Assembly (NCBI GenBank): GCA_010093605.1
Contig: MU004186.1
Span: 1,840,616-1,904,615, forward strand
Length of the DNA stretch: 64,000 nt
Reading direction: 5' to 3'
From: Lophium mytilinum
Lineage: Eukaryota
Position 1 is the stretch's first letter. The number at the start of each line of letters is the position of its first letter. Of this stretch, positions 48,861-61,451 are shown in pieces. The notes under the pieces were generated by a model. The model searched no databases. It had not been told where the DNA came from and saw nothing but the letters and a program-made list of their open reading frames with translations. Made by a program: the position numbers and the translations under genes.

Positions 48861-49777
48861 CGTGGTTGGGGTATTGAGAGGGCGTGACTTGGTATGTGAA
48901 GCGGAGATGATGTCTGTGTTGTGGGTTTTCGGAGATAGAAGGGAGGAAGTTGTGGCATTTTAAGAGCTAGAAGGGGGAGGGTTCGGGAGGAGCGTGACGT
49001 GTCGGTGTGGGGCTGGAGTAGTGAAGAAGTGGTTGTGTGGTGGCTTCATGGGGATGGGTTTGGGGAGTGATATGGGTGGTTGAGTGATCTTAGTCCAGGG
49101 AAAGATGGTGAATTGCTGGAAGCGAAGCTGTGGATTCAATGCTTGGCGGAAGAGATGTTGTAGCAAAAGAAGCATACATTGTTCAGTGCTATGCCCTTTG
49201 AGCGCATCATGGTCTCGGATGTAAACGTCCCAGGTCACGTGAAGCTCATATGACGTGCACGTGATCAGGATACCTGTATATCACTTCAGCGACCGCCTTG
49301 TAGGACTGGCCTAGAATGTTCATGAGTATTTCACCAAATTGAGCTGTAGAGTTGCGTATCGACTGCTTGTACGACGTTAGGTCTACGACGCCAAGTGTGC
49401 ACTAACGTGTCCGTTCTCCCGCGTCGCGTTCCCGACTCCTTGTCTCCATTGAATTTCTTGTGGTCAAATCGAGCACATAACTTCTGCATCTACGCAATAC
49501 GATCTTTGATGATCTGTTCCCTAGCGGAGAGAACGCCCGATAGGTGCCGCGACTCGGTGACTTCGAATGCTGCCAAATTAGTAGTTTTCATTGGACACAG
49601 GCAACAAGAAATCCTGTCTCATTGATCCTAGCAAGAAGCCTCAAAAGTTTAGAAGTTTGGTGTTAGACGTGTTTATCTACTGAAGACTAAAGTAAGTTTC
49701 ATAGGACGGAGAGAAAGTGAACGTAAATTCAATGTATCTCTGTACAATCCCTCACGATCGAAAATCGAAGGATACCC

Positions 49778-52042
49778 TCAAACAAGCTTGATCGTAGCTC
49801 TCTCAGCACCCTTCCAAGGTCCCTCATCATTAGAATCCAGAAGCCAACAACCCATACCGACCCTTTCAAATGCATCTTTTACTGTAAAAGAACGCTTCAA
49901 GATTAGGGAGTACACTAGCGACGACTCGGGCCCATCATAACGTTGCCTGCACACCTTAAGACAAAAGAACTGCGGGTTTACATCAAAGCTGCAGACATCG
50001 CATCCGCTACCTTGATGCCAGCAAGTGTAGCACGTATCATCCTTCCGGAGATTAACGGCCATCGGAATATCAACGCAGACGTCATGCATTCTGAAATTTC
50101 GTCCACGTATGAGATGTACTCCTCGAGCGGCAAAGGACGGATATTTGCTCTCTTGATACAACGGGGACGTAATCAGATGGAGCACTTGCACTCCCCCAGT
50201 CCCATCGCCAAAAAGTTGATATACGCACTCTTGGAAGAATGGCTCAGGATGGAGAAAAGAATGTGTGTCTTCAACAACCAACTGAACGGGTGCAAATAAG
50301 CCACTGACTAGGAGATGAGCGCTTACTACTGCGCCAGTTCGATCGTTCCCGGGCGGCGCAGGGTTAGATCTCCACTCGTGGATATTGAAGTCGCAGGGCT
50401 GGAGTTCGCCTGAATTGTCGATGTCGTGATACTGCACAGGACCATCGACTGAGGCCCAAGACCAAGTCGGAGCTCGATATGGGAGTGGTCTTGAATGCGT
50501 ATATTCTCGCAAGGAGTCGACACGCCATGTGAGCCAGAACTGCAAATTGTCTCTCCAAAGTCCGGCCAAGTAAGTGTCCGACTTTTCTTGCTCCGGCGTG
50601 TTTGCTTCTTGGAAGAATTGAGCAAGCCCCGAGACTGCCGACAGCTTATCCATCGGCTCTGTTAGCTTCCGATTCGAGTATTCTCGAACGACTTGGATCC
50701 AAGCCCGCAAATGCGGTGATTGCCCACCCGGTAGGCCAATTACAATGGGGGATTCAGCCCCCTTTAGATCCGGAAAATCTTCTTCGTGGTGCCCAATTAA
50801 ATGACCGCATTCGCAGAACGTTTCTTCATTGCACGTCCACTTCATTTCCTCGCCGTTGAAGATAATTTTACATATCGGTAAGATGCTTTCTTGCAGAGTC
50901 CATCCTCTTTTGGATAACGGTGAATCATCTTCATCGGTCGCACTCTTGGTGGAGCCTAGTCGAATACAGAACTTATCTGATACTTCGTCAAATTCGTCCT
51001 TGGCACGGAACCGTCGTTGCCAGCCTCGCTCTCCTAAGCTTTGTTTTCCCAGGAATCCTTTTTTGCAGGAGTCCGGATATGCAGCGGTGATAGTAAGATA
51101 CGAGTTGTAGTAGATGTGACGCATGAGTCCCGACTCTCGACTCCAATCATCTTTATCATCCTGGAGAATGCAAAGGGAGTCGACCCACAAATAACGTATA
51201 TTAATTCCCTGGCATAACTTGATGGCGTCTTGGATAGTCTGCGGTAAAAGTTGAAGAGGGATGTTGGTCATATAATGGTCGATGTTCGTTTTCTTAGTCT
51301 TTAATACGCTTTGGACATCTGACTTCGGGCCCCAGCAATAGCTGAGAGCAGCGTACTGTACGGCGTCCTTGGGTCGCATCAAATGTGGGCCGCGACCTTC
51401 TTCCGCTCGTCCTACATCGATTAGTCGAGTAGGTTTGAAGGTCAGATCTGGAATACGGCAAGCTTTGTGATGTTGTTTGCAGTTCGCCATCCACGCCGAA
51501 ATCCTGGAGAATGATTCTGTCGACGAGGTGTCAGAGACAACCTGGAGTGTACATGTCAGGCCAGACCCCCAGTTTAGATACTTATACGTCGGGTCGTCTA
51601 ATCTTATGTGTTAGTATGATACGGTCTGATAGAGATCTTTTACGAACATAGCTTAGATATTTAAGAGGGGGCGGGGCCGAAAAAAGGATAAGACGTTCTC
51701 ACCTATGCAGCGCCGTATAGAGAAGCGAGTTGGTTTTTCATCTTCTTCTAGATCAAGCGGATCTTTCTTCAAATCTTTGAAGTCCTCGATTAGATCGATA
51801 TATACTATCCCCAAAGATCTGCGGGTGAAATCCCCAATGTCCCCAGTCCAACGGGATGCTTTGACCATCCCGAGATTTTTGTGCAACTCCATCCATCTCG
51901 GATCAAACTCGGTGATCGCAGCAACCAGAAGTGCGCAAGTGGCGCAGCTCTGGGCGGACGCCTGCAGCTCTGTGATGGCACGGCAAAGTCCTTCCTCGCG
52001 ACGCCAGAAATCATCGCCTGAGCATATTCGACATTCGGACAT
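49778..52042 (-). CDS. HET-domain protein with N-terminal CxxC pairs
   Basis: MSECRIC..CATC first exon; PTRLIDV, YAALSYCWG, LPQTIQDAI, YLWVDSLCILQDD, RGWTLQE, YLAGLWR, APTWSWAS. Confidence 0.9.
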
Positions 52043-53442
52043 GGTTGCAGAATCTGCTCTTGGTAATTGTACTCTGATCCAAGAGGCCTAGCTTCAGGCA
52101 AGATAGAGCACCTGAGGAAGAAAGCGGGAGGGACGGATACTACGGAAAGACTAGACGTATGGGATAGCCTTGCCACGATCACATGAATCGAAGCGTTGCG
52201 CTATGAAGAAGGCCGCTATAAGAGTTTGGACCAGTGTCTTTATCGTCTAACGACAAGGCAGAGAGGTTCTTGAAGGTGGGCTGAGACCGGAGAGATGGCG
52301 ATGTAGCCAAGATAGAAGACTGCAAGGCTGAGATTGTCCTGGCCAATGCGAAGGCGCAAGGTGGCGTAGATCTCGAAACAGAAACTAGCTTGCAGAACGT
52401 CAGGTAGAGGAAGAGCAGCTGGACGTTATTTGGAATACAGAGTAAGCTGAAATATTGTCTCCTACATTCGCCTTCATCTATGCTCTTCTGAAATGTCCAA
52501 AGAAGCTGCGCAGGCAGCATCTACGGTATTCTATAAGAAGCTCAATGATGTTCATATCATCTAAAGTAACGGCGATAAATGTCCACTGTAAGTTACGCCT
52601 TTGCTTTTCAAGTTTCTGGAAGATGTCAATATTCGCCCTACTTACCTTACTCGAAAGCGCCTCTGATTGTTTGAGGAAAGATCATCGACACATTGGTTTT
52701 CACGGATTACAATGTGAATCCAAAAGCGTCCCTTCGATCATATCACAGCCGAAGGAAACATTTGGGAGGATGCCAGCATGGCCGAACAGGGGCTAGGCCG
52801 TCCGCTATCGTACGCAGGATAGGAGAACTTGATCGTCATGAACAAGGAGAATATAGCAGACGCGCAAAGTGTGATTAAAAAGGATATAGCAAGAAGCTAG
52901 AACACTGATCGTGACGAGATCTACAACATTCTACATGCCGTCTTAGCTGAGAACGGCAACGCTGCTTCCCCAAGGTGTTAGGCATCTCCGGAAGAAGACC
53001 TGCGGTTGCGGAAACTACTCGAGGGTTTCCAGGATTAGCAAGATAGGGGGCGCGCTAGGCATGAGCTAGATTGTAACAAAGCCGAGCGGGATACTCTCTG
53101 CAAAAGCGAAAAGCTTCCGCATTGATATCGTGCTGTGGTCATCTATGCCTTTAGGAGAGGGCCTTAGTTAAAGGAACTGTGTAAGAAATTCGTGTCCGGC
53201 AATTATGGCTAACTCTGAGACTCAGGCAGGATCGCACATACATGTGCATTCGTTCGCTGGCTAGAGATAAGAAGAGGCAGAAAGGTTTCGATTGTCAAGA
53301 TCTAGAGGACTGTGTGTCCGGGATAGCACATTGCAAAGATCTAGGTAATGTCGTTTGCTACTGGAACCTCTTCTACTTCACACCTATTCGCCGTCCGCTC
53401 TCTAGCATCCCATAGCTCTTCATCAAATATTCTCTTTGGCTA

Positions 53443-55224
53443 TCATTCGTCTTGCAGAAGTGTCAGGATAACACTACTGCTAATTTCTGGTAAGAAATCT
53501 GGTTCACGGCCGATTTGAGGTGCCTTCTGGACACTGAAAAGGCGCTCCTCCGCCGCTAAACGAACCTGAATTTCGATGACAAAGTCTGTGAAATGAAATC
53601 TCGACTTCCTTATCGCCACCGTCACTATATGCACGGCCTCTGGGAACCAAATCTTGCGAGTCGCTCGGTCGCGTTGAATTGCCTGAGTGTCTACGAGGCT
53701 CATGATTGCCCGGTCTGTACTTAAAGCACTTCGGGGAACATCCAATGCAATGTACGTCCAGATGCGGCACTCTTTAATACCAAATATCACAGCGAATAGG
53801 CCCCGATCGAAGGCGCCGAACCGAGTGCGTTGGAAATACAGTGCGCAGCAATCTCTACTTGTGGTATCTCCCACTTGAATTGTCCTGCCCAGCACGTCGT
53901 GAACGGCGTATCTTGTTCGAAACATATAATTGTCCCTCCGGCATCCAACGATCTCATATCCGGGGCGATTTTGTGGTAGTTGGCTGATCGTGAAACTTTT
54001 GGGGCCTGTCCAATCTAGTCCAAGAGCATCAGGTATCTTGGTGAACGCAGCAATGTTCAAAGTGCGAAAGACCGCATGTATTTTCTTATCCGCATGGTTC
54101 ACGGTAGCCTTGTCGACGACAGTAACACTCTGGGAACCGATTCGGGGCTCAGAATTAGTTCGTGAGTATCGATCCGAATTTTGGTCCCATAGCAAGTGCA
54201 TCCCAATGATCAAATCCCCGTTCACGTTGCCTGAAACTTGACAATTTAAGAGAGCCAGGACTAGTATTGCCCCTTTTCGAAGTGATTCTGGAACCCTTTT
54301 TCCTGCTGCGGGTTCTACGCTGACGACGTCGTGCGCTTGTGGCCGATAGAATGCCAATTTTATGGAAAGGCCGTGATTGGTCATCGAATGTCCATGATTG
54401 CTCACGCTTGTGCTAGGTATTATGTTCTGGCAGTTCTTGAAGTACCATGGCGACGGTGCAAGGACGGTATCCATTCGAGTTTCTCCAGACCAAGCAAAAA
54501 TCGTATGCTCATTCGAAGCCTCAAGAAGCTGCAATTGTAACCTTTTGAAGGCATTCAACCCGCCTTCACCATACAGTAGGGGCATGTTGATATTGAAGAT
54601 ACCAAGAAGAGAGTAAGCGATATCCTCTGGTCTAGTTGTTGATCTTATCGACGCCCACGACATCCTTTGAGCAACACTGGCTTCAAAGATTTGGCGATAG
54701 CCGAGCAGAAAATCTGTGTCAATCCCCGTGATTCTGGATATCTCTTCAGCCAGGCTATTTCTTGTACCGATCTCATACCAGCTCTTATCGTAAAAGACAA
54801 TATCAGACGGCGCAAGAAGCTCTTGCAGAGTCCACCCTCGCGTGAACCACGTCCCACCCGTCTGAAGTGTAGGCGGACTAACCGCCACGGCGTTCTCCCT
54901 ATCGATATCGCATACAAAAGCGTAGCACACTTCAGCTGCTTCATACCACTTGAACATAGAATTGATGGCCTCCGATAGCTCGGCAGAACTCCGTTTATCT
55001 ATGCAACAGGTATCGCACCAAGCGTACATGAAGCTGTCCGTGATGGCTTGCGTGCAACATTGCTGGATCTTGCTGAAGCCAGCCTTCTTGCGAGCTTCTT
55101 CCGGCTTGTGGATGTCCTCAAAGGACACCTCTTCGTCCCCCCATGTGTGGGAAAGGATGGCATAAGGTGGAATATTGGCCTGAAAGAACTCCAAAAGGAG
55201 CGTCTGCGTGTTTAGAAGGTACAT
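53443..55224 (-). CDS. HET-domain protein with HET-E-1-like N-terminus (593 aa), no NACHT/WD40
   Basis: ATG 55224: MYLLNTQTL, PPYAILSHTWGDEEV, WCDTCCIDKRSSAELSEAINSMFKWY, WFTRGWTLQELLAP, RMSWASIRSTTRPEDIAYSLLG. Confidence 0.92.
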   Translation of the reverse strand: MYLLNTQTLLLEFFQANIPPYAILSHTWGDEEVSFEDIHKPEEARKKAGFSKIQQCCTQAITDSFMYAWCDTCCIDKRSSAELSEAINSMFKWYEAAEVCYAFVCDIDRENAVAVSPPTLQTGGTWFTRGWTLQELLAPSDIVFYDKSWYEIGTRNSLAEEISRITGIDTDFLLGYRQIFEASVAQRMSWASIRSTTRPEDIAYSLLGIFNINMPLLYGEGGLNAFKRLQLQLLEASNEHTIFAWSGETRMDTVLAPSPWYFKNCQNIIPSTSVSNHGHSMTNHGLSIKLAFYRPQAHDVVSVEPAAGKRVPESLRKGAILVLALLNCQVSGNVNGDLIIGMHLLWDQNSDRYSRTNSEPRIGSQSVTVVDKATVNHADKKIHAVFRTLNIAAFTKIPDALGLDWTGPKSFTISQLPQNRPGYEIVGCRRDNYMFRTRYAVHDVLGRTIQVGDTTSRDCCALYFQRTRFGAFDRGLFAVIFGIKECRIWTYIALDVPRSALSTDRAIMSLVDTQAIQRDRATRKIWFPEAVHIVTVAIRKSRFHFTDFVIEIQVRLAAEERLFSVQKAPQIGREPDFLPEISSSVILTLLQDE

Positions 55225-56115
55225 TTTGTCATGGTTATGGGAGCTTTCGTGGCATTCTTGATCAGGCTGAAAGTCAGCTCTTAGATCGCGCGGCCCGCAC
55301 TGCAAGGTTGACAGGGCGTTACCACCGCATGAGTGGCCTCAGCAACCTCTGCGAATACGGTCCAAACCCATTCCTGATCTGAAGTCTTGAAATTTTTACA
55401 TTGTGTTTGGAATTTTCCTGGTACCATGAGGACCTTCTGACAGTGGTAACATGCAGCAAGCAAGCAAAGGGCAGACACTCGTTTTGACGCTTCTCTAAAG
55501 CCTTAAGATTCTGGGCTTCAAATCGCATCCTTGCCCTTCACGACCTGAAGTACACTGTCAGGAACTTTACATCGTGTACCGAATTTTATTGTGTGGTGAA
55601 GGACTCCTAACGGTGGTAGCGTGGTAGAAATGTTAAACCCGAAAGTTGTATTTTGAAGCGCTTGTACTTTTGCTTGGATTTTACCCTTTGAATCGTGACG
55701 TCTTGAATTGGAAACTGCGCGCTCTCTTACTACTGCATGCTGGCTTCAACTACTCTCCCAATGCCCCAAGAGTCTGTCTAACTCACATGCCCTAAAAATT
55801 GACATCCTACCCTAGGACTTTTCACCCCGCCAAAGGACTCCCAACGCCAGCATCAATACGTCAAAAATGAAAACCCTCTCGGCTCATTTCAAGCTCATCA
55901 CAATCACATCAAGAATGACACTGCGAATCGTAACAAACTCAATTGAAAACTATCAAAGCTCTTCCCCCTCGGGGGTGGCACAGGGTATCATTGCGCTTCT
56001 CCAAAACTCCTCGCTCAAAGACCCAAAAACGACCGTACACCGAATGCTAATGCTATAATGCCCATAAAACGCCCCGAAACCGCGATCCTTTTTCCTATGC
56101 TCCGATTCCCGATGC

Positions 56116-59100
56116 CTAGACCTTAAACACCCATTTATTCCCGATTTTAACACCCTTAACCGGGCTCATCTTCTCCGCCTTCAAAATCGCTACGTCGTTC
56201 ATCGTCTTTTGGAGCGAGTATGGAGAGAAGTCCCATTCGGCTTCCTCGCTGATCGTAGCTAGGGCGGACTGAGGCGTCCTTGACTTCGGCTCCCACTTCA
56301 GCCTCTTCTCCCGCGGCCTCGGCGTCACCTGAAGTGCGTTCAATCGGGACTCGATCTTTGCGACTTCGGCGGCAACGAGCTGAAGATTCCGCGTTAGCAA
56401 GGAGAACTTAGAAGTCTTTTGTTTGCAGGGCATGAGGGAGGCAGTCAGGTATTTGGGAATCAAGTTCCGCTCTAATACCTTTGACTGCTGCACCTTCTTG
56501 CCCGGCGTGACCTCAACCACCTTCTCAACCTCCTTCTCGACCTTCTCGACCACCTTCTCGACCACCGCTTTCGATGGCTTCGACGGTGTTGCCGCCGCTG
56601 CTTCCCGAGCCGCGTTCTCCTTCTCGAGTTGGAGATGCTGCTCTAGGGTCGGCTCGCTGTCTTCGGCGCGTTGTCGCTTCGCGAGTTCGTCGAGCTTCGA
56701 GCGGCGTTCCTGCTTCTCTTCGCGGTGGATTTTGGAGTTTTCCTTGCGAAGGTACTCGACGGATCTGCGGTAGCGCTCGAGAGATTTCCGTGTAGCTGCG
56801 AGCTCGCTTTCAAGAAAGTCGGTGTCGGCAGAGCTGGTACGAGCACCGTTCGCTGATCCGCTTTCGCTCAGCTTCGTCTGCATCTTCGCTGCGTCGGCCC
56901 AGCGTTCGCGCTCCAGCTTTAAGACACGGATTTCGCGGTCGCGCTTCTCTCGTTCCTCTAGAAGAGATTCTTCCTTGGAGCGGAGGCTGGAGATCGCTTG
57001 CTCTAGTTCGTGAATCTTCGAGGCTTTCTTGCTAGCATCTCGAGTGCGAGCTTCGAGAAGCTCGATCTTGACATTCTTTTCTTCGATGTCGTGATCGCGG
57101 AGTCTGATAGTCATCGCGTGTTTTTGCAGGTCTTCCTGCAACGCCCTCATCTCGTCCTCAACATCGATTGAGATGAGTTTGCTAGCCGCGATTTCCCGGC
57201 TCTTGAGAACCCAAGGAGCAGTGGCACGCTCAAATTCCACCGTGCGATTCAAAGTAGTCGACATAGCGTGAAGATTTGAAAGTTCCTCTTTGAGAACTCG
57301 GAGTTTGGTACTCAAGGTGGAATAGATGTCCGAATCGATGGGTGAGTCGGTGAAGAAGGATTCCGTGGTTTTGAAGAGAATGCTTCGGACCGCAGAATAC
57401 GTAGGTGGTTCTGGCTGGCCTTCCTGCTTCAGAAGGGAGAACAAATTCTCACCTAAAACGCGGCAATATTTGGCTAGCTGCGCTGTGCCTTCCTCGCAAG
57501 CCTCGAAATCGGGATGCGTGTCAGGTGTGAGCGACAAAGATCGCGATCTCAAGTCCTGAAGGGCTCTGAGTGTTTTTCCGACCACGATTTTAGCAGAGCG
57601 ACCGGCTGCGATTACTGCATCCGATTTTTGCAGGAATCTCGCGACGCCGTCATCCGCGTCATCAAATGGAACGGTTTTCCCGACCTCATAGCTAATGAGG
57701 GTGAGCCCGGTAATGGTGACATCCAGATTGGATTGGATCAGCTCGACGCTCATTTTGAGCTCGTCAGCTCCACCATCTAGAGAGGCACTGGAAATCTCAT
57801 GCTGAGAGGCGAGATGTTTTAGTACGGCTACCGACCTCTGAAGCTCTTCAGCGACTGTTCGCCCGGGGAAATCGTTCTTGCGAAGCGCCTCGATTTTAGT
57901 GTCCAGAGCCTTTTCAACTGGCTCTAGGTCGAAGATCGCGCCTTGAGCTCCAAAGCGTGCAAACTGCTCGAGACTGCATGAGGAGACTCCACTGATGAAT
58001 CGATCAGACATTTCGGCGATCCAGACAAGCTGGTTCAGGGCGTCGCAGACTTCGAAGACATCTTCGTCGTGAATCATGCTGTGTTTTCCAGGTGCGTTGA
58101 GAGGCTCCCGGATCAAGCCGTGCAGTAGTTTGGCTTTGAACGAGATCCTGCGGCATCGAAGCAGCCCCAAGACTGAGTCTCGCTCTGACTGGAATGCTTC
58201 AGGTAGGAAAAGCTGTACAATGGCGAGGTGCTCTGATGCTTCTTGAGCGTCAAGTTTGCGCAACTCCATGTCGATCGTCGTAATCATAGTGTTGGTTGCA
58301 GACTGATTGAGCTTCAAGTTCAGATCAGCCAGCTCCTTCGACCGCTGGGCAAGATCCTGTGCCTCAGTCTCTGAAATTTCCTTGTTCGCCCGCATTTCTT
58401 CCAAGTCCGACTGGAGACTGGCAAATGCTTCCCGATATTTGACGATCGCGTATTCTTGGGTGGCGAGAGCTTCCTCGTGCTGAGCAACTGCACGAAGGCT
58501 GTCTGAAATTTCGGTCTCCTTCAGTTCGAGCTCCTGTCGGAGTTCTTTCTCGTTCTCGACGTGGTTAATTTCGAGTTCGTCGTTGAGCTCCTTCAGATCC
58601 TGTAGATCGTCAACAACAAGCTTCAACTCATCAATCTTATCTTTCAGTACGATGTTCTGATCCGATAGCTCCTCAATCATCTCCTCGGCGCCAAGTGCAG
58701 CGTCCAGCTGCTGGCGAAGGTCCTGGATGTCCGCTTCCGACTCCAAGAGCTTAGCCTTCGTGTCTTCGTATTTTTCCTTCATCTGTGCTAGGTCTTGAAC
58801 GTCTTCCTCGAGGCTTTTGATCTCGCTGCGCAGCTCCGCCTCTTGCTCTCGCGAGACATCTCGAAGTCGGATGAGTGCGTCTCGAAGGCGCTCATTCTCT
58901 CGCTCCATCTGCACCCAGCTCGCGCTAGTCTTCTCCTCGGGGCTGATATCTTGTCCAAGTTCGAGGTTCTCGTCTTTCAGAATCTCGTTCTCCAGCTCGA
59001 GCTCCTCAACTCGCTGCTTGAGGTCCGTAACCTCGTTCATGTAGTTTTCGGCCTTCTCCTCGGCCATCTCACGCTCGAGAGTGATCATCTCCATGTCTGT

Positions 59101-60003
59101 GTCATGATCCTCTTGGAGCAGAGCGATTTTCTCTGCGGTGTTTTCGGCATCTTTCAATCCTTTCTTGAGCTCCACATTCTCCTGCTGAATAGGCTGGTAT
59201 TTCGCCTGGAGTTTCTGTATGATGGATTCGAATTTGTCCCTTTCCTGCTGAATATGATCCAGAGCCTTGATTTTTTCCTTGTCCTCGAGTCGCTGTTTTT
59301 CAAGGACGCGAAGCTTCGTTTCGAGCTCCTCCACCTTTTTGTCTTGGGTCGAGGAAGTTCGAGTCGTAGAAGATGTGTGCGAGGCAGCCGGTCTCTTTGA
59401 GATGGCAACATTGGAGGATGCGGCGGTGGTTGTAGAGGAGACTGTGGGAGCCGGGCGAGATCGAGGCGCCAGGGAAAGCCTGTTCGCGGCTGGCTTCGCT
59501 GACGTGGTGCTCGAAACTGTGCTGGGGGCACGCGAGCCGAGTCCCGAAGCTGTGGGAGCGGGGCGAGATGAAGTCGGACGGGAAGTGGCAGCTGAGGAGG
59601 TTGTGGGGACGATCGAGGTGCGACGGGCTGGGGGAAGAGCCATGCTCTGCCTAGAGGCACGTGGAGCTGGCTTCTTGACAGGAGACTGCGACCCGTTAGC
59701 ATCTATTATCAAGGCGGCAGAAAGGCAGGTACTCACAGCTGGTCGTGGCTTCACTTTAGGAGCTGGTTTTGGGGCGTCGATGATGACTTCCGCGACGTTG
59801 CTTGCCCTCATGAACATGCCATGATTGGGAGCACAATCGAAGTATCTCTCGCCTCTAACGGAGCCGTCGTTCTTGCCGCTGGGATCGGCGAATTCGACTC
59901 CGATGAACTGGCCCTCTGCAATGTGCAGAGTTCCGATGAATCTGATGACAGCCTGGCGGCCATCAAGGAGCGCGACAGTCTGCCCAACCTTAAAGTCGGA
60001 CAT
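56116..60003 (-). CDS. nudM: Dynactin subunit p150Glued
   Basis: ATG 60003 (MSDFKVGQ); CAP-Gly GKNDGSVRGERYF; basic Ser/Pro-rich linker; long coiled coils with LEREMAEEK, ALGAEEMIEELS, IDMELRKLDAQEA; in-frame intron 59686-59736. Ortholog names ro-3/NIP100. Confidence 0.93.
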   Translation of the reverse strand: MSDFKVGQTVALLDGRQAVIRFIGTLHIAEGQFIGVEFADPSGKNDGSVRGERYFDCAPNHGMFMRASNVAEVIIDAPKPAPKVKPRPAVSTCLSAALIIDANGSQSPVKKPAPRASRQSMALPPARRTSIVPTTSSAATSRPTSSRPAPTASGLGSRAPSTVSSTTSAKPAANRLSLAPRSRPAPTVSSTTTAASSNVAISKRPAASHTSSTTRTSSTQDKKVEELETKLRVLEKQRLEDKEKIKALDHIQQERDKFESIIQKLQAKYQPIQQENVELKKGLKDAENTAEKIALLQEDHDTDMEMITLEREMAEEKAENYMNEVTDLKQRVEELELENEILKDENLELGQDISPEEKTSASWVQMERENERLRDALIRLRDVSREQEAELRSEIKSLEEDVQDLAQMKEKYEDTKAKLLESEADIQDLRQQLDAALGAEEMIEELSDQNIVLKDKIDELKLVVDDLQDLKELNDELEINHVENEKELRQELELKETEISDSLRAVAQHEEALATQEYAIVKYREAFASLQSDLEEMRANKEISETEAQDLAQRSKELADLNLKLNQSATNTMITTIDMELRKLDAQEASEHLAIVQLFLPEAFQSERDSVLGLLRCRRISFKAKLLHGLIREPLNAPGKHSMIHDEDVFEVCDALNQLVWIAEMSDRFISGVSSCSLEQFARFGAQGAIFDLEPVEKALDTKIEALRKNDFPGRTVAEELQRSVAVLKHLASQHEISSASLDGGADELKMSVELIQSNLDVTITGLTLISYEVGKTVPFDDADDGVARFLQKSDAVIAAGRSAKIVVGKTLRALQDLRSRSLSLTPDTHPDFEACEEGTAQLAKYCRVLGENLFSLLKQEGQPEPPTYSAVRSILFKTTESFFTDSPIDSDIYSTLSTKLRVLKEELSNLHAMSTTLNRTVEFERATAPWVLKSREIAASKLISIDVEDEMRALQEDLQKHAMTIRLRDHDIEEKNVKIELLEARTRDASKKASKIHELEQAISSLRSKEESLLEEREKRDREIRVLKLERERWADAAKMQTKLSESGSANGARTSSADTDFLESELAATRKSLERYRRSVEYLRKENSKIHREEKQERRSKLDELAKRQRAEDSEPTLEQHLQLEKENAAREAAAATPSKPSKAVVEKVVEKVEKEVEKVVEVTPGKKVQQSKVLERNLIPKYLTASLMPCKQKTSKFSLLTRNLQLVAAEVAKIESRLNALQVTPRPREKRLKWEPKSRTPQSALATISEEAEWDFSPYSLQKTMNDVAILKAEKMSPVKGVKIGNKWVFKV

Positions 60004-61451
60004 GGTGTCGAGCGGGGGGGTTCGATTTGGTAACTCAATTCGTACTACGGGTGCGATGCGTTCTTGGGGTTTTTGGAAAGCGGAGAAGCAGCGTTGAACG
60101 TAGTGCAGAATGGAGTTGTGAGTGGTGAAAAGGAAGAAGTTGCGAGCGGCGCGAGTCGCGTGAAGAAGCCGTCCCAGCGCACAGGCCCACCTATAGACGC
60201 TATAGCGTCGCGTCCCACCCCGGTCCCGACTATAACGCCTATAAGGAAAATCACATGTCGCGCCCATCAACACGCTATTTTAACATCGTCTGAGGTAGCG
60301 CAGAGAGCGATCAGACTTCTCAAAAATGTCATTTTCCAATCGTGATAACGTAATGAGAGATCTCAAGCGGTGCTTTGTCTCTGAGGAACATTACCTGCCA
60401 AGCACATTGGCAACGGGATGAGTTGTCGGGCAGTGCATAAAGCTGTCTTGTGTTCGCCGTGCCGCGTGTAGCCTTCCAAAGCTACAATATGCAGGGTCTA
60501 GTAGTGGGAGATAGCTGTGTCCGTACACTGGAGGCTAGGTAGTCAAAAGCTTCGCATATGTGCACAACACTTGATTTCACATCACATCTATGCATGGGTT
60601 CTTGCATTTCTTTATTCTTGTTCCATAGATACGTGCATTATAAATCTTTTGTCTCCCTGAGATAGCAATGGTTTTCTGGGTCCAAGAAGGTGAATATTCC
60701 GCATAGTCACGTGATCACCATCTCTCACCCGTGACCGGACTTTCGACAGCTAAACTCTCCTTCAACCCTGAGAGCCAAAGAGCTGTCAAAGTTCTGGAAG
60801 GGACATTGGGAAGTTTCCTGAACGAAAAGGCGCACGTGACCATAGTGTGTTCACCTTACTCGACATCCTTCACCGCTCGACTTCCTTTCCACCGCTGGAA
60901 AGGCTCGGGTGGGACCACACGGCGGTCGATATGCAACAGGATAAGCTATGCTCTAGCAATAAGTAACAAGATTTGTGCGCATTTCCAAGCACTAAGCAGT
61001 CTCATGTCATAATCTCATCAGTCAAAATCGGACGTCGCAATAGCATCATCAATGTGTTTCGACATGAAGCCATATGAGACCGTTACGAGGCAAGAGACTA
61101 GAGCTACTATACACAGTAAAAGAGAAAGCAAAGAGATATAGGAAAGAAGACTACACAAGCCCTCAGCTCCACGGACACCCACCTCCACCAAGTATTCGCA
61201 CCCAGCAGCTACAGTAACAGGCCACAAGTCTGGACACATTGAATAGACACTGCTTAGGGTTCCACCACAGGGTTTGGAAGATTCAAGGGTGATGTCGAGG
61301 TTCAAGCAGTGCAACATGGACTACCTCTTGACTAAGTGGCTGCTCAGCAGCCAGGCTACCCCGAACAATGGTGTCGAGTGAGCAAGTTGGATCCAAGCTG
61401 TAATGAGTCCATGTGCCTAGACTCATGGCTTAGTGCTGTGCCGAGGCGACC

